Shown: positions 24,335 through 38,770, numbered from the stretch's first letter. The stretch: DNA of 64,000 nucleotides from Marsupella aquatica (GCA_973895155.1 OZ316891.1:22897884-22961883), one strand, 5' to 3'. Notes: generated by a model not told the origin, from the letters alone. Numbers and translations: made by a program.

Positions 24335-26159
24335 TAAATTGTAAAAATTTTTAACCCCTGTAAAGTTGGAATATTCTTGGAATATTTGAAAATTTTGACT
24401 AGAAAGACCATAATGTTCTTATTGTTAGAATACCATAGTTAAGTCACCAGGGTTACTTACCTAACCCTAGTTAGAAACCTTGTAACCCTTCATACTATAC
24501 ATAAACATCACCCGAGGGAGAAGGTGTAAATCAGTTGGAGATTGTATCTGAACACGTTATCAGCACTGCCACCAGCTTGGAGCAAGGCCATGGCAAATTG
24601 ATCCCGCACGGCTATGGCGAATTGAATCTACAGAGAATATGGCAAAGTGAGAGTACAAGCCAAGAGATACGAAAGGTTGAGAGAAGAGATCCATAAGGAC
24701 ATCGTGGATAAGAAACACAAAAAGTTGACAAGCACAATATCGATTTGTCCTTAAAATTCAAACCCTGAAATATAAAGGTAGACGAGCAAGCAATGCAACA
24801 AGAAGACTGTGGGCCCTGGGCCCTCAGTCTTAACTAATACGTGGAGGACGTGCAAACGCTCAAAGGGTAGTTTTTGTGGACAAAATTAGTAAGGAGAGGA
24901 GAAAAAGAAGAGAAGAGACAGAGGTCACATCAAGGTCTATCTTGAAATCACCAAGGAATCGAGAGCGAAATACATAAGCACAGTAATCACAAAAAGGAGA
25001 AGAGACGTTGCCGCGAGAGCAAGCCAAAAGAAGAGCAAGAATTGAATGCTCAAAGAAGGATTCCAGAATGACCCGTCCGCGCTTTGTTACCAGGATGAGC
25101 ACTTAATTTGAAAGGAATAGAATGAAATGACCTGTGAATTGAAAGAGCGAGCAGCAAAAGCATTGGGGAGGCGCTGGCAAAGAGAATTGATAAGGAACGC
25201 CTTTAAATCTGCTTTCCACAAAAGTTCGTAAGCCAGAGATGAAAGGTCAAAGCAACGATAGAGATGATAGCAACTCTCCCGGCCTGCAGGAAGGAAGAAA
25301 AACATAATGAGGCGAAGGCAGGCCTGATTGATCCCAAATGGACCTACGACTCCAACATCAATCGAAGAGAGATCATCGCAGCAAAGGGAATAGAGAGAAA
25401 CTAGAAGGAAGAGATTGTCGAGCGATCGAGGGGCGCGACAACGCTGGCAGCAGAGTGACAAGAAAAATAGTAAAGGGACGACTGATAAAGAACGTAATTG
25501 AATAGGAGCTCTAAGATTTGAGAAACTCAATCGGAGCACAAAGAAGGATCACACATTGAGAGCAAGCCGGAGGAGATCATGAGAAGAGAGAAGGCTGCGA
25601 GAAAACAAATTGATAAGGACAGAACTCAAAAGGAAGAAAGGAGAGAGTCAAACAAGGAGAAAGGAATTCATAAGGATAGCAAAAATGACAGTGGAACTCC
25701 CATAAGGAAGGCCCGATCCATAAGAAGCGAATAAGAAGGAGAGAGAAATTGGAAAGGAAGAATAGAGAGAGGCAGGACCTTAAGAAACTGTGGAGGAAGA
25801 CAGAAAAGAATCCCCAAGTGAATAAGGTGATCGGACCTTTGTCAAGGAACTTCGAAGAGACTGAATCCAAAGAAGAAAAGCGAAAGCTCGAAGGAAAGGA
25901 GAGAAACTGAAGCATAAGGACAAAGGAGTTTGTGATTGAGTTCGTGACTGCCCAGGCAAAAGAGAGCACTGTTGAGGAGAGAAGGCAAAACCCTAAAAGC
26001 AAAAACGAGAAAGGAACAATCAACTTTTTTGATTTTCCGAAAGCGCACAAAACCTATAAGCGCACAAAACTCACCAGGCATAAAACAAACCTATCTTATA
26101 ACCCTAAACCTAACCCTAAACCTAAAAACCAAAACCATTGAACCCTAAAACCTAAAAAC

Positions 26160-29100
26160 ATGACATCCATAGAGAAACTAGACTTTCTCCCATTGACCAT
26201 CGAGGGGGAGAACTACCTCTCCTGGTCACTAGACATTAAAGCTAACCTAATAGCTAAAGACATATACAAAACCATAATCACCGACCAGAGCACAATGACC
26301 CAGCAAAAGGCAAGAGTCTTATTGTTCATAAGACACCACCTTGTCGAACCACTGAAACTCCAATATCTCAATGAGGAAATCCCAAAAACCTTTGGGATCA
26401 ACTCAAGGAGAGATTTGACCACACTAAGACCATACACCTACCCAGAGCATGCCATGACTGGGTGAACCTCCGCGTCCAAGACCATATGTCTATAGTTAAC
26501 TATAACAGTGAGCTATTCCGTATCACATCCCAGTTGACCCTGTGCGGCCAACCAGTCACTGATGAAGAACAGATAGAAAAGACACTATCTACCTTCCACA
26601 CGAGCAATATCATACTATCGGCACAATACAGAAACATGAAGTTCACAAAATACTCTGAACTTATAGCCCATATGTTGCTAGCTGAGAGGCATCAGGAGTT
26701 AATATTGAAGAACTTGAAGATGTGGCCGCCGGGAACCCTGCCATCACCCCCAGCCACTGAGACAAACTTTTGAATGCCCTCCAGCAGTAGAGGAGGACAA
26801 CGGGATGGCTTTAGACGCAATGGTAGAGGAAGACCGGCCTTTAGAGGAGGAAGACAGATGGAGGCGGAAGATCTACTTACCTAAGGAGGAGAGGCAGTGG
26901 CCACGGAGCTGGAGGAGGCCACGGACGAGGAAGATCCAGCTTCATCTACACCAGTGGAGGAACGGGAAGACCAGGAAGACTAGCCCAACGGGGCAGTTCA
27001 TCCCAACAGTACCCCGAACAGTACTCAGGAAGACCCGCCGTGGGGTGCTTCCAATGTGGCACCAAGGGCCACCCACAGAGACTGTGCTGCATACCGCAAC
27101 ACCTAGTAGAATTATACTAGAAGAATAGAAACAATAGGACTCAGGAGGCACACGGCACCTTCCTAGAGCAAGATGAGCACTTAGAGAACTACGTTACTCA
27201 CGACGAGGCCATGTCTGAGTCACATATGACTTCACATCAGCAAAATTCCTTACCTTTAGACGACATTAGAACCTGCATTGTAGATAGTGGCATGTCTCAC
27301 ACAATATTCAAGTGCAGAGACTATTTCACCCACATTACTCCCTCCCACAGAAACATGACCACCATTATAGGGAGTAACCAGATAGATGAAGGTAATGGTC
27401 CTGCCACTATCACGTTACCTCAGGGCACTAATATATATTAAATCTGCTATCTATGCACCTAATGCCACGAGAAACTTGATTAGCTTCAAGGACATTAGGG
27501 ATAACAGATATCATATCCACACTAGCATAGATAAAAACCAGGAAGTAATTCATATCCTATAGAATACTCCCAATGAAATGCAAATAAAAGAAACACTTTT
27601 CGCGTATCCGTTGGGTTTCTATGCCACACAGTTGATTGCTTTTCATTCCACCACGCATGAGATGTCACTATATGACATTTGGCACACCAGGCTTGGACAC
27701 CCTAGCATGACAATGTTTCAAAAGATGAAAAGAGTAACCCACAGAATACCACAAAACGTAGACCCAACGAACCATAATCAGTCTTGCATGGCATGTTCTC
27801 AAGGAAAGTTAATCCTTAGACCCTCTGTCTCCAAGACCATCCATGAAATGCCCAGATTCCTGGAACGAGTGCATGCAGACGTCTGTGGCCCTATTGAACC
27901 ACCAAGTGGACCATTTTGATTTTTCCTAGTCATTATCGACGCATCCTCGAAATGGTCGCAAGTTTCATTGCTTTCCACATGAAACATGAATTTCCCACGA
28001 CTTTTAGCACACATCTTAAAGCTAAAAGCTCAATTCCCTGAAAACCCTATCAAGACAATTAGGGTTGATAACGCAAGAGAATTTACTTCGAAAACATTTG
28101 AAGATTTTTGCATAGCTATAAGTATAGACACTCAATACCCTATACCTCACGTCCATTTCCAAAATGGCATTGCTGAATCTGTCATTAAGAGAATATAGAT
28201 GATAGCAAGACCCATGCTTATGCAGACACAGTTACCAACAACTGCATGGGGTCACACTCTATTACATGCAACAGTTGTACTTAAATATCACCCATCGGCA
28301 TACAATGACCAAACTCCACACCACCTAACCTTTGGAGTAAATCCTAACTTATCACACGTCAGGACTTTTGGTTGCCAAGTACTAGTCCCCATAATGGGAC
28401 CCAAACGTACTAAGATGGGACCTCAAAGACAGAAAGGCCCGCCGAAAGGCATATATGTTGGTTTCGAGTCACCATCCATAATCAGGTACTACTTAGAACC
28501 ATCATCTGCCGATGTTTTTCAAGCGAGGTTCCCTGACTGCCATTTTTACAAGAATGTTTTCCCCAAACTATTTGAAGGGAAACCACAATTTGAACGACCT
28601 CGTAACTTAGAATTACGATGGCAGACTCAGTCCACTACTTGGAACGATCCACGGACACGACAATGCGAAGAAGAAGTCCGTAGGATACTGCAATTAACAA
28701 AGACTGTGGAGCAAATGCCAGACGCATTCATAGATATTGAGCAGGTAACAAGATCACATATCCTTGCCGCAAATGCTCCAGCACGTCTACAAGAATCCAC
28801 ACAATTAGCAACGGACCAACCACCAAGAGAAAAATATGGACGTCCATTGGGATCTAAAGATACCCAACCAAGACAAAAAAAAAACCACAATAATATCACC
28901 TGTGATACCCGAATTGATACCCACACCAAGTCCTGTGGAAATCCCAAAAAATGAAGAAATCTCAATTCACTATATGAATACTGGGACTGTCTGGAATAGA
29001 AATAATATTCCTATGGATGACAACTTTGCCTACCATATTTCCCAAAATATCACGAATACACAACTTGACCCTAAAACAATCAACGAGGCACAGAAAAGCC

Positions 29101-31306
29101 CAGATTGGTCACAATGGGAAAAGGCAATTAATTCAAAATTGAATTCATTGATTAAACGCCAAGTATTTGGAACTATTGTCCCAGCACCAACAGATACCCA
29201 CTTAACGGATTATAAGTGGACATTCGTCAAAAAGAGAAACGCACAAGGTCAAGTTGCAAGATATAAAGCACGCATTGTCATGAAAGGATACACACAAATA
29301 CCTGGGCGTGACTTTGACTTGACATACACAGTAGTGATGGATGCAATAACCTATAGATACCTAGTCGGTTTTTCCCTAGGTCATCGACTAATGATGCATC
29401 AGATGGATGTTATAACAACATATTTATGTGGACTACTGGATACTACCATATACATGAAAGCACCCCCAAAACTAATAAAGAGATAGACATATCATATTCA
29501 GGGGGAGCATAAGAAAAAGCAAAACCCCATCACATCCACATCTCTACCTTATACCACAAAAAGACTCCAGGAAGGAAAAATGGTGCATAATGGACCTATA
29601 GTCCTTCAAACACCATGGAGTGGACCTATTGTCCTTCCTAAGAGCGGACCTATTGTCCCTCCAGTACATAAATCCATGCCTTTGGCCAAGGATGGATATG
29701 CTGTTCAGATCATGAGATCTTTATATGGACAAAAGCAAAGCAAAAGAATGTGGTATCAGAGATTTAGAGATGAAATGTTGAATATGGGTTTTACTAATGA
29801 AGATATTGCTCCTTGTTTATTTATTAAACAACATGATGAAGAATTGTTAATAATCGCCATCTACGTAGATGACATTAACTTATTTGGACACCTAAACTTA
29901 TTACAACACACCATTGAGATACTAAATCGTGTATTTGAGATGAAAGACTTAGACCAAACCCATTATTGTTTGGGCCTACAATTTGAACACCTATCTGATG
30001 GTATACTTTTACACCAGAGCATTTACACTACAAAAATCCTCAAACAATTCAATATGGACAAGGCACATTCTCTAACTTCTCCTATGGAAGTATGATCTCT
30101 AGACAGAGACAAAGATACATTCAGGAAGAGAAACGAAAATGAACCACTACTTGGTCCTGAAAAACCATACTTATCAGCAATAGGAGCACTTATGTTTCTA
30201 GCCAACCAGACATGACCAGACATTTCTTTTGCAGTAAACTTGCTAGCCAGATACAATGTACAACTTACTATACGCCACTGGAATGACATAAAAAGAATAA
30301 TGCGTTACCTTCAAGGAACTATTGATATGAGACTATATTTTCCTAATAACACTAATAAGACCTTAATAGGCTATGCAGACGCTGAATATTTATCAGACCC
30401 GACAACGCTAAATCACAGACTGGTTACGTATTTTTATATGGTCCTACAGCCATTTCTTGGGGGTACACAACATCATCAGTTATCAGTGGCTGATAATTGA
30501 TATCAGTTATCTCAAAAATTTAAGAATCTCAACTGAGGAGTTGCGATGGGGCCTTCGAACTCCCGCGCATCTCAGCTGGGCAGCCGAGGTTGACTCAATC
30601 TCGGCTGACCTCGCCGAGATGGGCGTACGGACCGAAAAAAATTAAAATTAAAAAAAAAACCAAAACTTTTCCCGAAAAAATAAATTTTGAAATTTTTTTC
30701 CCATCTTGGCTGGGCTCGCCAAGATAGATGTCCGTACGGTATGGATGCCTCATGGCAAAAAAAAATTTGAAAAAAAAAAAATTTCTTCATTTTTTTCTTT
30801 TTCGCTTCGCAACTTGGCGGCCTCTCTGAGATGAGGTGGCAGCTGATATAAGGTACACTAATGAAAGTGACTGATAAGTGATGAGATTACTTATCTCCAT
30901 TTCTTGGAAAAGCACCAAACAAACACTAACATGCACTTCATCTATCCACACCAAAATTATTGCATTATATGAAGCCAACAGAGAGTGTATTTAGCTAAGA
31001 AGAGTAACCAACCATATTAATACAAACTGCGGCTTACCAGCACTCACCGAGCCTACTACACTATTCAAAGACAATCAAACATGTGTTGAATAGGTCTTGA
31101 AAGGATTCATCAAAGGAGACCGCATCAAGCATATCGCACCAAAATTCTTCTTCACCCACGAACAACAAGGAGACACTATCCAAGTAAAGACAATTGCGAG
31201 CAACGACAACCATGCAGATTTATTCACAAAAGCCTTGACCCCAACACTACATGCTATTCATTGTCAAGGCATAGGCTTACACAGACTATCAAAATTCAGA
31301 GATTAA
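26160..31306 (+). pseudogene. Bianca gag-pol with many stops and frameshifts
   Basis: Gag, protease CIVDSG, WHTRLGH, integrase, RT (RYKARIV, IYVDDINL) and RNase H (GYADA, IKHIAPKFFFTHE, NHADLFTKAL), split across more than 10 ORF fragments. Confidence 0.93.
30460..30897. mobile_element. MULE-like MITE inserted in the Bianca RNase H region
   Basis: Interrupts ...GPTAISW|KSTKQ...; CATTTCTTG duplicated on both sides (9 bp, up to 11); imperfect G-starting TIRs sharing TCATCA(G/C)TTATCAGT. Confidence 0.8.
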
Positions 31307-31983
31307 AAATAACACTTAACTCTAGATAGTCATTAACTTTTGTACTCTTATTTGTAAAGGTGGTTGTACTCTTTCCCTCGTAGGAGTATGAGAGGGTTTC
31401 AATGAGGCAACACCTACATAAGACCAAAGTACAAAATATGAGTCTTTTGTTAGAGGACTTAATTAGTATAGAGTTGCTTGCATTACTCCCATAATACAAT
31501 CAAGGGGGAGTGTTAGAATACCATAGTCAAGTCACCAGGGTTACTTACCTAACCCTAGTTAGGAACCTTGTGACCCTTCATACTATACATAAACATCACC
31601 TGAGGGAGAAGGTTTAATTCAGTTGGAGATTGTATCTGAACACTTATAAGTCTCTATAAGAAAGACCCTATTGTTTTTCTGAGAAAATTCTTAAGGCTTC
31701 CCTTAGAACTAATAAAATGACCTTATCTTTTGTTGCACGTGATGTGCCATTTTTGTGGAAGTGAAACCATCAAGGGTTCCAAATGACTAGGTTCCAGTGA
31801 ACTTGAGTTCCTCTCATTGCAAAGCAAGTGAAAGTTTAGGGTTAATTTAGAGTATATAATTATATACATATGATCTCAAGAATTCCCCAGTTTTCCCAAC
31901 TTCAAAATCAATGAAAGTCATTCCTTATCTCCTACCATATTTCGGAAGGCTCAACCATGATGGCTAGGCGGCTAGAGGTTGCA

Positions 31984-33379
31984 ATCAACAAAATGGGAGA
32001 GTACTTAATTTACCTGCACAGCCAAGCAACAGAAACATTGAAATAGTGCTTAGAATGATTTGGTTGGCTTGAATTCAATTAAGTATATTTACGAACCCCC
32101 ATTAGAGGTCCTTTCCAAAATTCCTGGCTCCACAATGCGCCACATCATCATGGAGACGCCACAAATAGGAAGGGACTTGTTTTTGGATAAAATTAACTTA
32201 TACATTTGTGTTTGTGGCAACTTTGCTGTAAAATTAAACTAGGGCGCCATGCTGTAAAAAAGAATGTAAAAAACATTGACATGCAAATCAAAAGATAAAA
32301 AGATTGAGGTAAAACTACTCCCAATAACGATTTTATTTCCATTTTAATTTTATTCAAAACATAAAATTTTCTTGACAACAATTTTTGATTTGACATTGTT
32401 GAGTCAAATCATAATGAAAACTCACATATAATATGGCATTGGAAAGATCTTGAAGAGACGGTCGTGATGAGCTTAGCATTGTCACCATTCGATAAGAATT
32501 GAGTAAATAATTTGAAAAATAGATTTTACCCATGATTTTGTAATCTCTAATGTGAATAGAAATTTTTGTTGTACAACCCCTCAAATGTTGACCCCTTCCA
32601 TGAGAATGAACCTAAAATTGATAGATTTTATTGAGTACTAAGGAGATTATGAATTTTAGAATTTCTTTAGTTGTTTAATGAACTTAACATTGATAGATTT
32701 AGTTGAGTTCTGAGTAGATTATAAGTTTCCAATGTTCTCTAGCTTTCCAATGAGTGTGACATTGGGAGATTTTATCAAGTACTAAAGTGGTCATGAATTT
32801 CTAAATTTCTCTAGTTTTCAATCCATTCTGAATTCCACAATTGGAAATTTGTTTCCACTAAACTTTTTGTCTTAAACAATTATGCAAGGTTAGTGACTTG
32901 ATGACACCAATGACTTCTCTTTGTTTGTCTATCTGCATGTAGAAATTGAAAAGTGATTACTTTCGATGAAACTTGAATGCATCCAACATCCCTTCGATAA
33001 CGTGGAGGAAACCGTCGAACACCGTTTTGCTGAAGTGGACAATTAAGTTGCCCACACATTAAACAGTAGTTCATATTGCAGCTTGTTTTGTGATTGATGT
33101 TAATTATGGTTATCTTGGTAAGTTTGGCAATTGTTTCAAGTGTCAAACATTGACTTGTCCATTTTTGAAATTTTTTTCTTTAGATTTGGAGGTCCATCTA
33201 GGCTTCAGTTTCTAGATAATTGCCTCTAAAATAACATGGGGGTCCACAGATTAATTGCTTCCTCTTTAATTGAACCACAGATACTAGCCCTAGCCCAATT
33301 ATCCATTCCTTGAGTGTAAATAGATATGAAAACATAAAAAAATGTGCAGGTAAATTATGCACTTCCCCATTTTGTTGAT
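31984..33379. mobile_element. Possible non-autonomous DNA element bounded by about 37-bp inverted repeats
   Basis: ATCAACAAAATGGGAGAGTACTTAATTTACCTGCACA (31984-32020) vs the reverse complement of 33343-33379; AT-rich interior; no TSD identified. Confidence 0.5.
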
Positions 33380-34014
33380 AAATAAAATTCTACACTATTT
33401 CCTGTTCATCTTTGCCCTATCCCTGTTTTGTTTTTCCACCCTCATTTCAGTTTTGTCTTTATTTAGAGTCAATGTTCATGTTTGTCCTTTAAGTTTTATC
33501 GTCCTTTAAGTTTTATCCTTATTAACAATAATTGTCAGATTTGTCCTTATTGAGAGTTAGGACGTCTAGGGGCTTCACTCTAGACCATATGCCTTACAAG
33601 TAGTTTCACCTTACTAATTACTAGCCACGACTACCCATTTTTGAACATGAATAGCGGGGAGGACAATAAAAATGTCATGAAAATATATTCCTTATTCACA
33701 GTTTTTGAAGGTTAACGAAATGATAAAAAAATTATCATACATATCATCATTTTAATAATCATAAATAACATACCATACTCTTTTCTATGCACATCACTCT
33801 TTCTATGCACATACATTATGGTGGGCCATAGAGCTTAATTAGTTTTTAATATAATTAGAAATCATAACAAAAAGCATTTATAATTATCATTTGACATACA
33901 TCATAATCATGAGTTTTTCCATCCACATGATGGACCATGGATTTACTCTCTAGAGTCTTCACTCTAGAAGCCTAGGCCCCAACTCTAGCTTGCACTCGGA
34001 GCTTTATAAGTAAA

Positions 34015-37000
34015 ATGGGGAAACTAAAGCTTCAGAGTATCTTGGTCTATTCACAAATACCTTTTTTTTCCCTAAGTTTTGAATGCACATATTTTCTCTC
34101 GAGACCAATGGAGCATTAATTAGTTGAAGGCCATCTACCCCTCTGTGATGTACTTGCCAGGAGAGTTAGAAGGTCCAGCAACATGACCTGTTTTGCTTCA
34201 ATAAGTTCAAAGGTCTCGCACTAATTTCAAGAATCTGCCCAAGATGACCGTGACATGCTCATTATCATTCTCTGGTAAAAATGGGTTCCATCCACCTTGG
34301 AGAAAGTGCCCATCCGTCACCTTCTGAACAGCTCCAATGTATATGTTATTCAAGGAAAGATTCAAGTTGGTGCTAGAATTAGAGCCTTATTACCATGTTT
34401 CAACGAGATATATACTTAGTGGACCTCCAAATGCAACTTTTTCTCTTAATGGACCAAAAGTTGCACATGCCCTCCCAGTGGACCTCAATGTTTAGATTCT
34501 CTCCCAATGGACCCCCGGGCCCACTCCGTACAAGCATGTTCTTCTGAAACACCTTGCCACACAGTTCAGGTCCACTACATACCTTGTGGACACCGTGGTT
34601 GGTCATGTGTAGTAGGCCGTCGATAACGTCGCAGTCCACAAGCGTCGTAGCCCTGGTCGCAATCGAGCGCGGCAACATGATGGCTTCCTAGTTTTTGTGA
34701 ATACAATATAGCTATTGTATTCAAACTACAATAGCCGCAATCTAGAACAATCAGAAGAATACAACATGGTCAATGTATTTACTCTACGCATGCAATGACA
34801 CGTCGTGATTCTAGGTTGCGTCTGCTTTGGATACATAGTGGACACTGTATTCAAAGATCGCACCTAAACAAAGTTAGGACTCCCCTGCCTTACATATAGG
34901 CAATAAGGCTTGCTATAATCAACAAAACCAAAACCTGTTCAACATAGAACGATAAATGTGTGTCTTGCATACAATATGCATGTTGTATGCACATTTCCCC
35001 CGACTTTACGACGAAGACACCCCCTTGTCGAAGCCTTCCCAAATGGACAAAACTTATTATATTACAACACAAAAATATGATTTGTCATGTATACACTTTG
35101 CACGTTGTATTTGGATTTTCACACTTAGGAAAAAATTTGTCCCTCCGACTTTACGAAGATGCCCCCCCTTCCCCGCCGAAGCCTGCTCAAATGGGCAAAA
35201 CCTATTGTATTTCAACATAGAAATATGATTTGTCATGTATACACTTTGCACGCTGTATTTAGATTTCACACTTAGACAAAAACTTTGTCACTCTGACTTT
35301 ACGAAGACGCCCCCCTCCAAAGCCTGCCCAGATGGACAAAACCTATTGTATTACAACACATAGATATGACTTGTCATGTATACACTTTGCAAGTTGTATT
35401 CGGATTTCACACTTAGAAAAAAAATTGTCCCTCCAACTTTATGAAAACGCCCCCCGCCAAAGTGACGGTTCATGTTTGTATGCATTGTGGTCAATGTATA
35501 CATTGTGAGATACATTGATTCACTCGGAACTGCGATCGTAGTCGACCGCATTCGGCGGTCGGACACTGAAGAACAGTAGAACATGTTGCGTTTTACAGTG
35601 ACAATCTCGCGTTATAAAAACTGCACAATGTGTTAGAAGAACATCTCACACAAAATGACACCTCTGGTGGGCCCGGAGGTCCATTGGGAGGGCGTGTGCA
35701 ACTTTTGGTCCATTAGTAAAACAAGTTATATTTGGAGGTCCACTAAGTATATCTCTCATGTTTCAACACTCTTTCCCTCGCAGGTTGCTGGATCTCTTGG
35801 AATTCATGAAGCAATATACACTAGAGAATTAGCTCGGATCTTCACCACTCGAATCAACTGCCCGAACGAAGTGGAACAATAGCTCATAAACTGAATTCAC
35901 AGGAGAGCTGCTGACTAGGTCTCTTCTGGGTCCATCTTCTTGCACCTCCGGCTGATCCCTCCCTGGATTCGAGGAAAAGGAGTTGTGGTGTACATGCCTT
36001 GACAGCACCGGACTCTCTCTAGGTCCAAGTTCGGAGTGCAATGATTACAGTCATTTAATTGCCATAGTTGCCTTGTTTGCTTTGTTTACATGCGCATCGA
36101 TTCAATAATACCAGGAGAAGGAAAAAATGGAAGTCAAAGTTGAAGTAAGTTTATTTAATTCATTATTTGGCCCACCTCTTTCATATCTATGACATCACAT
36201 CGGAGTTCTTTAAGTAGGGACATTGAGCGAAACTGTTTGTGTTCAATGCAAAGAAGCAGGGTGATCACGTCCGATTACTATTCTATGCTTTCTACGGTAA
36301 GCAATAGGAAATGGCTTCTAGAGAACGCCCAAAAGGAGATTTGAGAAAGCAGCTAAACAAGTACCAAATCAGCTCACTGCTGGGGGCAAGCTGACGGACA
36401 ACCACAAGAATAGCGAGACCCTAGTTAAGTTTCGTGGTACGAGCTCTCTGCACAGACCTCCAATCCTCTACTGGTTTCCGCACTTAATGGAACAAAACAG
36501 ACAACTAAATTTGTGTGGCTTCCTGAATCTATTGCCATTACATTTAAATTGGCTACAGGGGTACAAAGAAGGTCATGAGGACGTGAGCGTCTAATGACAA
36601 TTGACTAACGCGTGTCCAGTTCTCCAGAGAAATCGCTATTTCGTTACACATCAGCTGAATTGATTTGTCTCAGACGTTCTCAGCTGCGATACTGGCGCTA
36701 CCGAAGCCCTTAAGTTGGAGGAAAGCCAAGCCAACTGTTGATAAGAACATGACCACACTGCTCAACGTATTCCAGCTGAAAGATCATTGACGCCTCTCAC
36801 CAACAGGGTGAAAATTCCTTCAGATACACACCAAACGGATCGACGGACAGGGCACAACCAGTTGCATTTTTCTCTACACGGGCCTCCCAAAATCGGCTGC
36901 TCCACAGATCTCACTGACGGGCAATTGAATTGGGCAGCCAGCAAACATAAATCGAATCACGAGCGATCCATGTGACAGACTACCGGATTACTGTGTGACT

Positions 37001-38770
37001 TGCGTCGAGTTTCCTAATAAGTGAAATCTGCCCACATGATTGCGCTAGTCGAGAAAATGGGTGCTAAAATCGCCCCCCATGATGCCAGTCCAGAATACAA
37101 TTCCTGTCCAGTAGCCCTAAATCATAGCCCTACTGGAACAGTTTAAAAGGCATGGAGTTTCTCTTTTTCCTTTTTTTAACCTTCCCGGAAACAAGTGCAC
37201 TTTTGATGAACGACCGGTACAAATCTCGATCTTGGGAAAGAGTTTTGAGCGCAGGGACATGGGGATTCCAGTAATTTTCATTTTAAGCATCGAATGCCCT
37301 TGGGCCGAATTCATATATTCCTCCAAAAATTGTATCCAATGTGGTCAGAGTTTAAAACTTAATTACTGTAGATTCCCCATTGAAGAGATCGTTTTCACTG
37401 AGTGCATATTATAATATTCAACTGAGAGTATCAATTGCACTCCGGGAGATTTTCGAGTGAAGTGTCTTTGGTCCTTCGACAGGTCGATGAGCGTGAGCAC
37501 CCGTTTTCTCGACGAATGCAATCATTTGGGCAGATTTCACTTATAGGTTATGGGAAAGTCGATACAAATTGCATCACAAGTATTGAATTTCGACTGTAAA
37601 TGCAATAATCTATCATGTGCAGTACAAGTGCACAAAAGTTGGGTAAACTGGGCACTTCAATTAGCAAGCTTTGACTACAGCATTCCATGAAACCAGCTTT
37701 GAAGTTGTCACAAATATCAACCAACAAGAACACTGCTTCCACGCCCTGTGGCTCACAACAATGAAAGAAAAATTGCTAAACAGCAACTAACAAGAACACT
37801 GATTCTCATACCCAACCGAGCACAGAAATGAAAAACAACGGCCAGGGCTTAAGTCAATGCCAAAAGTCTCCTTCGGACTCAAAAGCTCAGCGAAGAGTAG
37901 TGAAGCATTTCCCTTTCTTCATTAGTTATATCATCTAATCACAAGCATTGGTCTTAAGGGTCTCCATTTCAGGATTCTTTCAGATATTTGATTTAAAGAA
38001 TTATGAACAAGGAATGTGGTGTTCCATTCTAGAACAACTGATCTAGATTCTAGACTTTCTAAAACTCTACTTTGTACAAACATGCAGGATGAGGTTCCCT
38101 TGGATCAATTGTCAATGTTGGCAACATTTGACCCCTAGTCCCAACCCAAAAATTTTAGTATCCGAAGTCTGTCACTTGTGTATACAATTGGCATACACCT
38201 GCCACATCTCCTATGGATGTACTGCCCATCCTAGGTCACCTATGGAATAATGCCCATCCTAGGTGACTGTGATTGTCGATAAGGTATGATTTGAGAACGA
38301 AGCTCTATAATCAGAACACAGGGATCCATGATGGCGACCGCTACTATTTCTCTTTGACAGCGGCAATATTGGGATTGAAACTAACAGCAGCACTTCCAGA
38401 TCTATTCCATGAAACGCTCAACTCCGAGTCTGAAGCAATACCGTCTTCACTGTCACTCTTGTCTACAACAAACTCCACTCCTGTGTTTGGATCAATTATG
38501 GGCGGCTGCTTCACAACGGCTTTGAGGCTCTGACGCTCTGACGCTCTGACGCTCTTGAATTTCCCGAGCAGAAATATCCTCGAAACTGCGATCAAACCAC
38601 TCGTCAATGTTGCGAGTTTGGAGCGATGAGTGAGGAGCACAATCGGCCGAACGCCATTCAGCATGAGCTTTTCTGCACGATTCTGCACAGCCCAATAGTT
38701 GGCCTCCACTTTCACCAGCTTGTAAGCGCACATCAGAGGAACACCGGTAGGACTAGAATTCTTCTTCGTC
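34015..38770. repeat. Segmental duplication, copy B
   Basis: Colinear with 8949-15640. Lacks A 9695-13358 and A 9075-9394; has an extra MULE and an extra about 37545-38450 segment. Confidence 0.9.
34405..35757. mobile_element. Non-autonomous Mutator-like element (MULE)
   Basis: About 85-bp TIRs (GAGA(T/G)ATATACTTAGTGGACCTCCAAAT...), 10-bp TSD ATGTTTCAAC (34395-404, 35758-767), empty paralogous site at about 9654-9670, and internal about 135-bp tandem repeats at about 34995-35460. Confidence 0.92.

Larger units (their letters stand above)
24423..31642 (+). mobile_element. Full-length Ty1/Copia retrotransposon, Bianca lineage, degenerate
   Basis: 132-bp LTRs at 24423-24554 and 31511-31642 (6 mismatches), CTTAT TSD, PBS CGTTATCAGCAC, PPT AAGGGGGAG. 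Bianca-type gag (IEGENYLSW, NLRVQD..YNSELF.ITSQL.LCG, EKTLSTFH) and integrase (LERVHADVCGPI.PP.GPF, HVHFQNGIAES). Confidence 0.95.

Noticed and set aside
26098-26160. Interstitial telomere
   Set aside because: Only a few degenerate AACCCTAAA units inside a retrotransposon leader.
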